A stretch of DNA of 63,076 bases, the filler included, from Dugesia japonica (lineage: Eukaryota), in the NCBI GenBank assembly GCA_001938525.1. It is 6 parts of 6 records of this genome, joined end to end, with 100 filler letters (N's around TTAATTAATTAA, not from the genome) between each part and the next. Parts side by side here need not be neighbours in the genome. Positions count along the whole stretch, not along the records: positions 50,990 to 63,076 come from MQRL01582946.1; 5 more parts are not named here. One strand, given 5' to 3'. This document shows positions 51,337 to 63,076 of this stretch, piece by piece (within the stretch, counting starts at the first letter, position 1; each line of letters begins with the position of its first letter). The position numbers were made by a program, and so were the translations under genes. The notes beneath the pieces are model-generated. The model was given only the letters and a program-made list of their open reading frames with translations. It made no database searches and was not told where the DNA came from.

Positions 51337-52432
51337 CCCTTTTCCTGCGTATGATGAGTATGTGTCGTCATAAAATTCTAATCTCAAAAGCGTATGACGA
51401 GTAGGTCTCGTCATGACTGCTACTGAGTTACGTTGTGATTTAATGATGCGTCGAGTAGTACAATAACTATAAATATACTAAAAAAATATTATGCTCTAGA
51501 TAGTTTATTTTAGCATATCTATTTCACTGGAAATATTTCATTTCGGTGTCGAATTTACTGAAAATTTTCCCATGATTAAAATTATTGTTTAGTTTCTGTT
51601 TATAGAAATAGAAACTCGATATAAATTTTCATAAAAATTTATAAACCGTTGTCAATATTATTGAATTTATTATTAAATTGAAAAGTATCATTATGACAGC
51701 GAGACGTAAATTTGCATCTTCTCAAGTTAGAGATTTATTGGCGCCTTTGCAAGATTCGGACGACAGTGATATTCATATTATGGATTCAAGTGGTGGAGAG
51801 CCTGAAAATGGAAAAAAATGGAACACTGTTGCAATGGGTGATAGTTCAGGTTCAGATGCGGATGGAGTTGCTGATGAATGGATAAATGGAAGAAAGTTTC
51901 AACCTGTTTTCCTTCAATATCAAGGGAATGCTGGTATCCATGTAAATACAACTGATTTTGAACTTGTTGACTTCCTTCGCTTGTTCACTGATGATGACTT
52001 ACTAAATTGCTTTGTTATTTAAACAAAAAAATATGCAGACCAGTGGAATACAAAGAATCCAGGCTTACTAGCGAAATAGATATGTCGTTTTCATAAGTGT
52101 ATCCCTGTTAACACGGATGACATGTTTAAATCTATTGGTCTGACACTGTTGATGGAACTTGTAAAGAAATCGTGTATTGATTTGTTTTGGTCACAGAATG
52201 AATTATTCAAAATGCCTGTCTTTCGTCGTGTTATGTCTCGAGAGAGATATGAAATAATCATGTGAATTTACCATTGGTTGACAACGATAATGCTCCAGAT
52301 CGGCAGTATAAAAACGGGACAGGTTGTTCAACATTTGACCATTGATTGATGATCAAAATGAAAAGTTTTGGAGATTCTACACTCCTGACCAAAATGTGGN
52401 ACACGATGAATCACTTTTACTATGAAAGGAAA
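51337..52432 (+). mobile_element. piggyBac-like transposon, 5' half, decayed
   Basis: TTAA|CCCTTTTCCTG terminus with CGTATGA(T/C)GAGTA..TCGTCAT repeats. Acidic N-terminus, LFTDDDLL..TKKYA, MSRERYEII, YTPDQNVxHDESLLL*KG. Confidence 0.88.
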
Positions 52433-55400
52433 TTTTTAATGAATGCAAAAGGGATGCAACCCAGCGACACGTGATTAGGAATTTTAGACTTACCCATTCA
52501 TTGCAAATTATCAAAACTGTTAAAAAAAAATACATTTATTTTAAAAAAATTATCATTTTTAATAAAAATCATGAAATTACCGATTTTTCAAAAAATTATA
52601 ACATCACACACAATCCTAGAAAAAATTCATTTAAATCTTATTACCACCAATAATTAATTTTCTTTCCCCCGATATCAGTATCCTCCGAAGGAAATTTTCT
52701 TTAACACCTTTATACTACTAACAAAAATTAACCAATCAAATTATTGATTAAAAAGTTTTCAATCACCCTCCACCTCTACACCATTATACTCCCCGTCACA
52801 TCACCTTTCCAACAAGCCATCACCCACAGAAATCCATCAACAACCAACAACCCTATATCCTACCAAAAAATCAACGTACGATAACTAATACATTGTGCAA
52901 CTACATTTTGTAGACCAAACCATCCACCCATCTCATATCATATTAAGATAAATGTCTAAAAAATCAAGTGTTCGGTTAAATTTATTAACAAATTTTCTTC
53001 TGGTATAGACATTTGGTATGGATAAGATCGAATCTAAATTACCCTTTTCTTTTTGTTCTGTTTTAAAATCTCGTCAAAGACAAAAGTGCCAATGGAAAGA
53101 ATTCTTTCTAAGCTTATTACTGAATCCGAAAAAAGTAAAATAATTGCATCTAATTTGTTTGGTGAGACATTTTGCTATTATGAATAATGAATTCTTTACA
53201 TGTTCTTAAAATTTNNNTTTTTTATTTATTACTTAAAACACAGTTTTTGTATTAGACAGTTTTTTCTAGATTAATAATACAATTCAAATAACTATAGTAA
53301 AGACTGAGAGATATAAATGTAGCCTTAATCTTAAATTACGGGATCTTGTAATGATTTTGGACAACAAAACCACTTCTTTTAAAGAGTGATTACTTGTTTA
53401 AATAAATCAATAACATTATTTTAAATATTTTATATGACATTATTATTTTAAAAATTGCTTAATTTAACTGATGCTATTTCCGTGGTACATGTCTAAAATG
53501 TGCTAAAAATTTATACAAGATTTATTATAGCTTAAATTACCAAAACTGATTTCTTATTTATCAGTTTAGTTATTCTTTAACTTATCTGAGTAATTTTAAT
53601 TTGGCCTATAATATTATTTCTACNTACTTAAAGTTTAATACTCTTTTAACTTTTTGTCTTTATTTAGTCCTATTTAATGTTAAATTTGTTCTATTAAAAA
53701 TATTTATGAGATTTTAACTTTTAAGTTTAATGGATTTTCATTACATTTAATCGTACTTTTTTTGGTCGATAACGAACTTATTTAAAGTTTAGAAAATTGT
53801 TATTGAAGTCGTTTAATATTCAAATTTATTGTTTATAGAATTACTTTAATATTATTTATTATGGTATTACTGAATGAATTGTCAATTATTCTTGTTACTG
53901 ATATTTTATCAAATTAATCTAGATTTGAATATTTATAATCTATTTGTTTTCTACAAATCGAAAAAGTAGAGATTTTGAAGTAGAATTCATGCGATAATCG
54001 AGAAATATTCATTGAAATAAGTGCTGAAAATATGCTTTAAAAATAATCATCTGAAGTATATTTTGATCAATAAATTTGAAGAACTGATATGGAATAATTC
54101 CTAATTACCAATTTATTTTTAATTTTTCCAAACATTTTAAAAAAAGTAAATTTTAAAAAGAATTTAATATTTTATTATTGTTATTGAAGTAATGGAATGA
54201 TAAATATAACACTATAATCTAAAAATCTATTTATTAATAGATTTTATACGAATTTTATAATTATTGTACACTTGTTTTATCCACCCAGCCATTTAGCTAC
54301 TTCTGCGGTTGCAGCCATTTCTTGTATTGAAGTAAAAAAAACAATGGTAGTTTTGATTCGAATAGAACAATAGCAGCGGGTACATAATCATTATTAAGCT
54401 GATCCTATTTAACTTTGGACCTGATGGAATGAATTATTATCTATATAAATATAGTCACTTCTATAATATTATATATTACTATTGAATTTTATCCGCATAA
54501 TTTATCAGCACGGGGAGATATGAAATACTAGGGTTTCCATTATGTCCCATCATATAATTACGTAAATAACAAAATGTCAGAAATAAGTTACCGTAATATA
54601 AAATGTACTCGATCCCAACAATAATTCTTTGAATAATCAAATCTGAACAGAGGTTGACTAGACTACAACAGCTTTTTTACAATTTCAGGTATGCAGAATT
54701 TCTGGAACACTCAGACGAAACCGATTTAGCTGTCATCGCAAAAATGTTTTAATCGACTAATCCTTCTAACTGCGTAGTGAAGTTGCACGCCAAATAATGA
54801 ATCGACTGATTATTTATTTTAATAGATCATTGTATTTCAATCATCTTATTTCTTATTTGTTTTGTAGACGGAAGAGGGTTGGTTCTAATATTATGAAACA
54901 GGAGAAATACTACAAATAAAATATGTTTGAATTCCGTGGAGTCCTCATGGATCGAAAAAATTTTACTCTACTGAGTGTATCAACTAAAGACAAAAAGATC
55001 ATTTTGAATAGCGGGCATTCTATTACTGGAGACCCAAATAAGAAATTAACAATGTTTTTTTATCCATTATGTTACATAACAAATACTTCCTATGAATATG
55101 AGAAAAAGTGTTTTTATTTTTTGTTACCAAAGATTATTAAATGTACAAAGACGAATCAAACATTGTTAAATGAAGGAAGATAAATTAAAGATTATTAAAT
55201 GATTAAAGATAGTTAAATGAAATCAAATGAAGGAAGACTAATAAAAGATTATCAAAAGAAGACCGCCGAATTAAATGGTACTAAATAAAATTTAATAAAG
55301 ACAAATGAATGAAATTTTGAATATTGGGAGTCGAACGAAGTTCAAAAAGAAAAGACAAGAAGATGAACTAAAGATGAATGGAAAAATCAAATGAGATTTA

Positions 55401-55599
55401 CCGTTGATCGTGGGAGATAAAGATATAGTAGTTAAAAGGAAAAGATTAAATAGAAATAGAAAGAAAGATGAAAGTGGATTATCGAATGCATCGAGTAGAA
55501 AACGTAATTCATCAATGAAATGAAGATTTACTGGTTGTTAGATGAGTTTGAAATACTCAACGGATCATAAATGTCAAATTTCAATTCCATAGAAAATTT

Positions 55600-57922
55600 A
55601 TTCACAAACAAAACCATAACTAACACTATTTGTTTATTCAAACAACTTAAAATCTCATGTTTTAATTGATGATCACTTCTTCATCTATAATTTAAATTTA
55701 AAATAAAAAATTTTAAGAAAAATGATCACGATTTACACAAAAATTTTAACTTGCTTTTCAAAAAATACTCACATCCCCCTTTATAAGAAATTTTTAGATC
55801 TTCTCTATGTTTCTTTCGAGGCTTTTTCCGTTTGTAATTTCCAGGATGTAACGTCTGTCATGAACCTTTCCTTTGATCTTAGAGGGTTCTTCATAACGAT
55901 CTTGGTTCTTGTTTCTTGTTTAAACTTACACTAAGACCTCATCCCCAACCTTGAATTGTTTTTTGGTCAATCTCTCTTTTTCTTGTTCTTTGTACTCTTT
56001 TTGAGTATTTATTTCGTACTATTTTTGTCTGCTTATTCTCTTCCCAAATACGATTTCATCAGGGTTTTTCTCGTTGGTTTTCTGTTTTGTAGCATTCAAG
56101 GTAAATTCTATCTCTGGCAATACATCTGCCTGATCTGCGGGCTTCATTTTTCTAAGTGTCGCATTTATCATACTCCGCAAAGTTCTAAACTGTCTCCCCA
56201 TTTTTCCATTTGTGTTATGATGATATGGACTCGAAAACTTAAGGATAATTTCATGTTCAGCTGCAAAATCTCTCATTGATTTAGACTCAAATACTCTTCC
56301 TTAAATAACTCTAACTTTTCTCGTACACCCGAGCTTTAATATTCACTTATCCATTTTTGATTTCTATATGGTATTTTCATCTTGTCTCCCCATTGCTATC
56401 AAGGCTACATACTTACTGCATTGATCTATTATACCGACAACATATTCTTTTCTGACCTCTTGTCTTCTGCAATGGTCCACATACATCTTTAAATAACAAC
56501 TCAAAAATGCTGGCTGGCTGTGTCATTTTCGTTTCTTTCTTTGATTTTCTTGACAAGAATAGCTTTTTGGCATGTTATGCAGCTTTAAACAATTTCTTGT
56601 ATTTTGCTCCACAAATGTTTCGCTTTATATTTATACTTCATATACATTGCTACTTTTGCTGCTCCAGTATGATATTATAGATGGTGTATCTTCATTTTAA
56701 CTTCTTCTATTTTATCATCAGGTATCCATGTTTTCTCATCATTCTCACCAAAATTGCCTTGTTTTTCTTGAATATCTACTGTATTTAACATCCTTGTTAT
56801 TAATTTTCCATTCTTGGATTTTTATGTGACATTAAACATTGTGCGCATGTATTACATGTACGCCTTGACAGCATATTCGCATTTGTATGAAGTGATCCTT
56901 TTCTGTATTCCAATTTTATATCTAAACTACTCAAATAAATAATCCAGGTTTGAAACTGTGATGTGATNNNNNNNNNNNNNNNNNNNNNNNNNNNNNNNNN
57001 NNNNNNNNNNNNNNNNNNNNNNNCATATAAGTAATGTTTGAAATGAATACAAAAGTAGTAAATTGAGAGTAATTCTTTCCGCGTAGTACAATATCCTTTC
57101 TCATGACTCCTCATTGAGTTTGATCCATATGCAATTACTCTTTCTTTCCCATTCCTGGTACTGCCCCAATCATTTCAAAACTCGCATCCGTGTCTAAAAT
57201 AAATTCTCTATTTATATCTGGAAAACATAATATTGGAGATATCATTAGTGCGTCTTTCATTTCAATAAAAACTTCTTCTAATTCAGTCGCCCATTCAATT
57301 TTCTTGTTAATTGGCCCACTACACAGCTGTTCCAGCAGTCTGGCTTTCTTTGAATAATCTTTAATAAACTTGCGATAGTAATTGGAAATTTTCAAAAAGA
57401 TTCTAATTTTCTTAACGCATTTTGGTTTACCAAAGTTTTTAATTGATTCTATTTTAGTTGGATTTGTTTTGACACCATCTTTACTGATAACGTGTCCCAA
57501 AAGTATGATCTCCTTTTGCATGAATCGATATATCTTCAGTTTAACTCTTAGACCAGCCTTCTTAATTTCTGTTAATACGTTATTGATTATTTCCTAGTGT
57601 TTCTTCTTTGTTTCGGTAAATATGAGAATATCATCTAGATAAACCATCACTCCTTTTATTTTCACGATCAATTTATTCATTATTTCCTGGAACGTACCTG
57701 GTACTGCCGCGACTCCAAAAGGCATTCTATTGAAACAAAATTACCCTTGTTTGGTGGNNNNNNNNNNNNNNNNNNNNNNNNNNNNNNNNNNNNNNNNNNN
57801 NNNNNNNNNNNNNNNNNNNNNNNNNNNNNNNNNNNNNNNNNNNNNNNNNNNNNNNNNNAGCATTCCATTCACATTTGGCATAGGAAAAGCTTGTCTTTTT
57901 GTTATTGTGTTGAGATCACAAA
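55600..57922 (-). mobile_element. Gypsy pol (RT, RNase H, integrase), PPT and 3' LTR start
   Basis: RQAFPMPNV, RMPFG, VYLDDILIF, FILDTDAS, CITCQK, SSPYHHNTNG. PPT AAAGGGGGA then TGTGAG at 55773; same family as 18068-19040. Confidence 0.92.
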
Positions 57923-57984
57923 GCAATAGACACATGTATCACAAATCAATAAACACATATACATAGCATGTAAATAAATATATA

Positions 57985-58155
57985 TTCGAGATGCAATACA
58001 ACGAAAAGCAGATTCGAGATACAATACAACGAAAAGCCGAATCAAATCAATATCCCCTGGATCCAAACTTGCTGGTCATCAAAAGTTATCTGATCCTATT
58101 AGACTTTAATGCCATGTTAATTATCTGATCCTATTAAACTTTAATTTCATGTTGT
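57985..58155. repeat. Two short tandem duplications within a non-Gypsy insert
   Basis: ATTCGAGAT(G/A)CAATACAACGAAAAGC x2; TTATCTGATCCTATTA(G/A)ACTTTAAT..CATGTT x2. Confidence 0.7.
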
Positions 58156-58861
58156 GTTGGTGACTTTATTTATTTTTAAGTACAAAATTCTCTGTTGAAT
58201 TTTTTGAGTTATTGAATTATTTCTATGTAGAAAATTTTTGTGAAAAAAAGAAATTTTTATTGATTTTGTTACTCTAATATGAAATGGAATTTATTTATTT
58301 ATTTTTGGATTAATCTTTATTTGGGAAATTTCTGTGTAAAAAGGAATTTTATTGATTTTTTTTGCAATAGAATTTTATTTATTTATTTTAAAATGAATGG
58401 ATTAATTGAAATTTCTAAATAATAAATACAGGAGATATTTATTTTATTGGTTAATATTTATTTTATTACTTATGTAATTATTGTGTGTGGTGCAATTTAC
58501 TGATCAGAATTAGCATAAATACTGATCTGTTTCAGTGGTTGTTCAGACAAAAGCTTTCAATTAGCATCCAACCTCTCTGGCTACATCGCTAATTTGAATT
58601 TAAAATAAGCTAATAAGGTCTAGTATTTGTAACCATATATTGTTATATACACCAAAAATAAATTATTGTAAAAGATATATTCTTGATTTATTTATACAAG
58701 GTACCTACACATATATTACACTATTTATAAAAAACGATATATATTATATAATATTGTAGCGACATATCAAGGGTAAAATTAACACCCGTAAATTCACAAA
58801 CATATTTTCATTCAGTAGTTTTAAATTAACGAACCATAAAATAACTTGTTTGAGTGGAAAT

Positions 58862-59165
58862 ACCTAACAATTGCATTGAGCTGTCTAAAGTCTTAAAATA
58901 ATCGTATATCCTTTCTTTCATTTTCCAAAAGCAGATTAATGGCGTATTCTATGGAGAATTACATTTCCGGATGATACCGTTATCATATAGATTTTTAATG
59001 GCCTCTTCAATCTTCTCTTTTAGATTTATTGGTCGACGATATAGTTTTATGTTGATTTGATCTCTTTTAGTGATTATTCGATGCTTCGTTAACTGTGTGC
59101 CTTCTATGTCCCATTTATCCGCCATTTTCAAAACATACTCATAGAGTATCATAAATTTAGTATAA
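58862..59165 (-). mobile_element. Gypsy RT N-terminal fragment
   Basis: ADKWDIEGTQLTKHRIIT...IIRKCNSP*N...DFRQLN. Confidence 0.85.
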
Positions 59166-59652
59166 CGTAAGAATATCCTTGATTTATCCTAATTTTATTT
59201 GATAACTGTAATGTAGTAATTTGTTAAATTTTTTTGAGTTGTTAAAATCGTAATTGAATTTGAAAAATTTATCATTCTATTTCATTCTTCATAATTTAAT
59301 TGTTTTGATAGGATAACATTTTTACATTAATTTATTATATTATTTTATTTGAATAATATTTTACAATCACTAATTATTATAATTATTAGCTTAACTTATT
59401 GGTTTTCACCTTTGTTAATGATATTATTAGTTTGCCTAATTTATTTTCATGAATTCATTGTATTGTTTATTTTATTGTTTTTCGATGCGAAACTTTAATC
59501 GAATTAACGAATAGAGTAATTTCATAAGTAAATTTATTTTTGTAAATTGCATTGATTAAACTTACTAGATTACAGTGGTATTTGAATTTGGTTTGAATTA
59601 CTTAACAGTTTGAATGATAAACACATATTGAAAGAAAATTATCCGTTTCATT

Positions 59653-60100
59653 TTAGTTGTTATCATCGACTAATGGCGAGCCAGGGAGTGAGAGTTCCTG
59701 AGAACAATAAGGGAAAAAGTCTTCGCCGTGAAGTATCATCTTCTTGCTCGTATAAAAATTTAAAATGGCAAATGAATCACCAGACTTAAATTAAACGGTG
59801 TAATAATGTAATAAAAATGTTCCTACAAATTCATGAATTCAATCATTTAGTATGTCACAAAGAATATCATTAATGGATCATCATAACATGTTGAATATAA
59901 ATAATATATTCTTGTAATTGGTGAATTAGTTTTAGTTATCATATAAGTAAACTCACGAAAGCAAATACAATAAATNNNNNNNNNNNNNNNNNNNNNNNNN
60001 NNNNNNNNNNNNNNNNNNNNNNNNNTTCAGAATGGACAACGGGGTAGATGAACAACACGTGAGGTGTTGTAAAATTTCTTACGGCTTCGGGATATCGACC
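59653..60100 (-). other. Two candidate exons of an unidentified gene
   Basis: GC-enriched blocks with AG acceptors: 60100-60027 (GRYPEAVRNFTTPHVLFIYPVVHSE) and 59784-59653 (SGDSFAILNFY...LVDDNN*). No homology recognised. Confidence 0.3.
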
Positions 60101-60694
60101 CTAGAAATTAAATCATAGTGAATGAAAACTAGTTGTTGATATTTTCTATTTATTTGGGTCCATTTTAAATAGTATTTTACTCAAAGATATTTTTCGCTAA
60201 CTAGCATAAGATGATTTGTTCAGATGCCTTTCGTAGTTTATTTGAGGTTGTTTCACCCTATTACATTAAGAATAATTTTATTGTAAATATTTACCAAACT
60301 TTAATGAGAAATATTGATCACTAATTTATTTAATACTGCGTTTTTAAGAAAATAATTCAGTCTGGAAAAATAAACCCTGTGAGTAGACTTTAAAGTTTAT
60401 TTGTTAAATAAAATTCTTCTTATGATAAATGAACGCCAATTAAAAACAAATTTAATAAGCAATGTCAAATCATGATAAAGATGTGGATCAATAATGAACT
60501 GAAAACATTTCCATAAGTGATGAAATGATTGTTTTAGAAAGCATTCTCTTATTTATTCATTCANNNNNNNNNNNNNNNNNNNNNNNNNNNNNNNNNNNNN
60601 NNNNNNNNNNNNNGATAACATACTTTCTTCGATTAGATTTTTGTCTTATTTTTGAAAGAATAAGTTATGAACAAACTAACAAATATTACTGAAT

Positions 60695-60897
60695 AATATG
60701 AGTCATACTATTTAAGTAGTATAACCGCAAAATAAAAAGTTAGATAATTAATCAGTTTGGTCAGACACATACTATTTTTATAAGATATTCAAATATGAAT
60801 ATAGATTTGAGCAAATAATAAGTATATATTTTATGGTCATACTATTTGAAGACCGAAAAAGTTCGATTGTGGTCATACTATTTCGTAATATCCGTTA
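60695..60897. mobile_element. pogo-family transposon end / MITE fragment
   Basis: Repeated GTCATACTATTT and terminus TTCGTAATATCCGTTA resemble 17660-17792. Confidence 0.55.
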
Positions 60898-61058
60898 GTA
60901 TAATTTTTATTATGAAATATCGATAAAGAAATCGAATTCAAAGAAGTTACTAGATATATTAAACAACGCCAAACATCAATTCATACAGTTTTAATTAGTA
61001 AAGTTAATAAAACAGCATAAATGAACGACGGCTTAAGAACTCTTTATAATAAAATAAG

Positions 61059-61119
<61 letters not shown>

Positions 61120-61510
61120 NNNNNNNNNNNNNNNNNNNNNNNNNNNNNNNNNNNNNNNNNNNNNNNNNNNNNNNNNNNNNNNNNNNNNNNNNNNNNNNNN
61201 NNNNNNNNNNNNNNNNNNNNNNNNNNNNNNNNNNNNNNNNNTAGTATTTTTAGACAACTTAATTTTGTTTTTAGTGCCATAAATCTGTAGAAAGATTATT
61301 TCCATATTTCACTGATTATTGAAAATATTAAAAGAACGGTATACAAATAGATTAAATAAAGAATATTAGAGAATTTAAATAAAAATTTCTTAAAATGTAA
61401 CAAAAAAATAAAAATGTAAATTCACAAAAATTTTNNNNNNAAAAAAAACAGTTCTTCAAATTCATTTAAAAATCGAAAATAAAACAAGTAATTTATGATT
61501 ATTTTACATT

Positions 61511-61732
61511 CTATCCATGAGGATCCATTGAACTTTGAATGTAATCATGGAGATTATCAGGATCAAATCTTCGAAATTCGTAATTTTTCAGTTGTTTTTG
61601 TTTTGGTTTGAATCCATTTGGATATTTATCGAAATGAGATTTGGTCTTGAAATAGAAATCATCGTAATCATCGTCGAATGTCAATACAGTAGTAACTAAT
61701 GCTATTAGTAAGATCCGAATTTTCAAATTCAT
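61511..61732 (-). CDS. Small secreted protein (73 aa) or first exon of a secreted protein
   Basis: ATG start, signal peptide MNLKIRILLIALVTTVLT, acidic then basic mature region, an RR site and a terminal Gly before TAG. Confidence 0.45.
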   Translation of the reverse strand: MNLKIRILLIALVTTVLTFDDDYDDFYFKTKSHFDKYPNGFKPKQKQLKNYEFRRFDPDNLHDYIQSSMDPHG

Positions 61733-63008
61733 CTAAATTATTGAGATAAAGTGATTAGAATCAATCCTTATTCAAATCTCATTTAATTAGTTTATCAATG
61801 AATTTCTTTCTCATTTCTATCCTTTGTCGTCTGATTGTACTAGAAAGTACCATCATATAAAAATACGTTTAAAACTATAACAGAGATATATTTATTTAAA
61901 TTCACCTGTAGAAACTTCTCAGNTTTATGTGAGGATAGAATATAAAAAATAACCAAAAAAACCAAAAAAAATAATTAAAGAAAAATTGAAAAAATACCGC
62001 AGTTAAATATTAAACACTAAAATTAAAATATTTTTTTAAAAAGTTTAAATTTAAAATTTGAAATTTTTACTTATATCAAACAACAAAGGGTTAAAGGTTA
62101 ATTAATTCAAGATCATAGTCATAATTTTATAATTTTATTATATATATATATATAATTTAATGTTTTGTGTCATTAGAACGAATGAAAACAAAATTAAAAT
62201 TAATTTAAATTTATGATTATGATTATGGATAAATAATTCTTAATATATTTATGAATAGAGGGTTTTTTAAAATTATTTCTATCGTTTTTAAAAAACAAAT
62301 TTAAATTTAATCGAATTGTGAAATTACATTTTCTTATATACTTATGCAAATCAAATTATTTCATCTAGTTAATTTTTTTTCTATTTTTTGTTTTAATTTA
62401 CATATTTTGTAATTTTAAACGATTACATATTGAAATTTAAAAATAAAAATAAATCTAAGATAATTATAATTTTATGTATTATAATATATAATATATCATA
62501 ATAAATAATTTTCTTTTTTATATATTTCTGTAAATCAAATGCATTATTTATTATTACTAAGTAAAAATATAAATTCAATATGAATTACATTTTATTCAAA
62601 CAAAGTCTAGAAATTTAATTAATTAAGATTATCAGATTATTTTACTAATAAAATAATTGAAATTAATAATAAATTATATGAAAGTACTAACCGAGTTATA
62701 ATAGAAATTCGAATGAAACAATTTGAATTTGCAACAGTTTATATATTGTTGCAACCTACCAATGATTAGTTTGAGTAAATTTGTTATTTTGTTATTATTC
62801 TCATTTCATCCGATCTTGTCTAATTTGTAATTAATTTTAGAAATCAGATATTTCTTTTTACATATTTGCTTCCTGTAAATTTATCTGAAAACTGATGTTG
62901 TTGACATTATTATAAACATCAATTAATGAAATTGAATTCCATTATCCATTTTAATATTATTAATAATTTTGTTTTTATTAAAATTATTATACAATTATAA
63001 TGATTACA

Positions 63009-63076
<68 letters not shown>

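Noticed and set aside
54270-54375. PSHLATSAVAAISCI resembling the C-terminal SH..A.AVAAL motif of C16orf89
   Set aside because: No convincing acceptor, the intervening conserved exon is missing, it lies two contig linkers away and the flanks look like an interspersed repeat. Probably chance.
59674-59690. TGGCGAGCCAG as a tRNA-Arg primer-binding site
   Set aside because: No LTR ending in CA before it and no gag after it; better explained by the minus-strand exon candidate.
62084-62094. AAAGGGTTAA as the right end of the piggyBac at 51337
   Set aside because: The match extends only ~6 nt into the TIR and the subterminal repeats are absent.

Overview
This is very AT-rich eukaryotic (animal) genomic DNA from a gapped draft assembly. 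The short 40-76 nt introns, (ATT)n microsatellites and repeat content would fit a flatworm such as a triclad planarian, but that is inference only. Five N-runs contain the artificial six-frame stop linker TTAATTAATTAA, so the window is probably six concatenated contigs. Most of it is decayed transposons: several Ty3/Gypsy copies (one near-complete with both LTRs), an RLE-type non-LTR retrotransposon, Penelope-like remnants, and mariner, pogo, hAT, MULE, piggyBac and MITE elements. I could reconstruct two host genes by hand that the ORF track fragments. One is an intact 4-exon, 249-aa secreted and probably GPI-anchored protein with three tandem 10-Cys Ly6/uPAR-type domains (49739-50679, minus). 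The other is the first four exons of a UPF0764/C16orf89-like secreted protein (32934-40432, plus). The main non-coding signals are a dispersed family of minimal type-I hammerhead ribozymes with compensatory base changes in Penelope-like terminal repeats, Gypsy gag start codons built from the LTR/PBS junction, a candidate -1 gag-pol frameshift cassette, and a dense ATGA(C/G)TCAT array behind a possible Polinton-like terminus. No database search was run; family calls rest on motifs recognised by eye.
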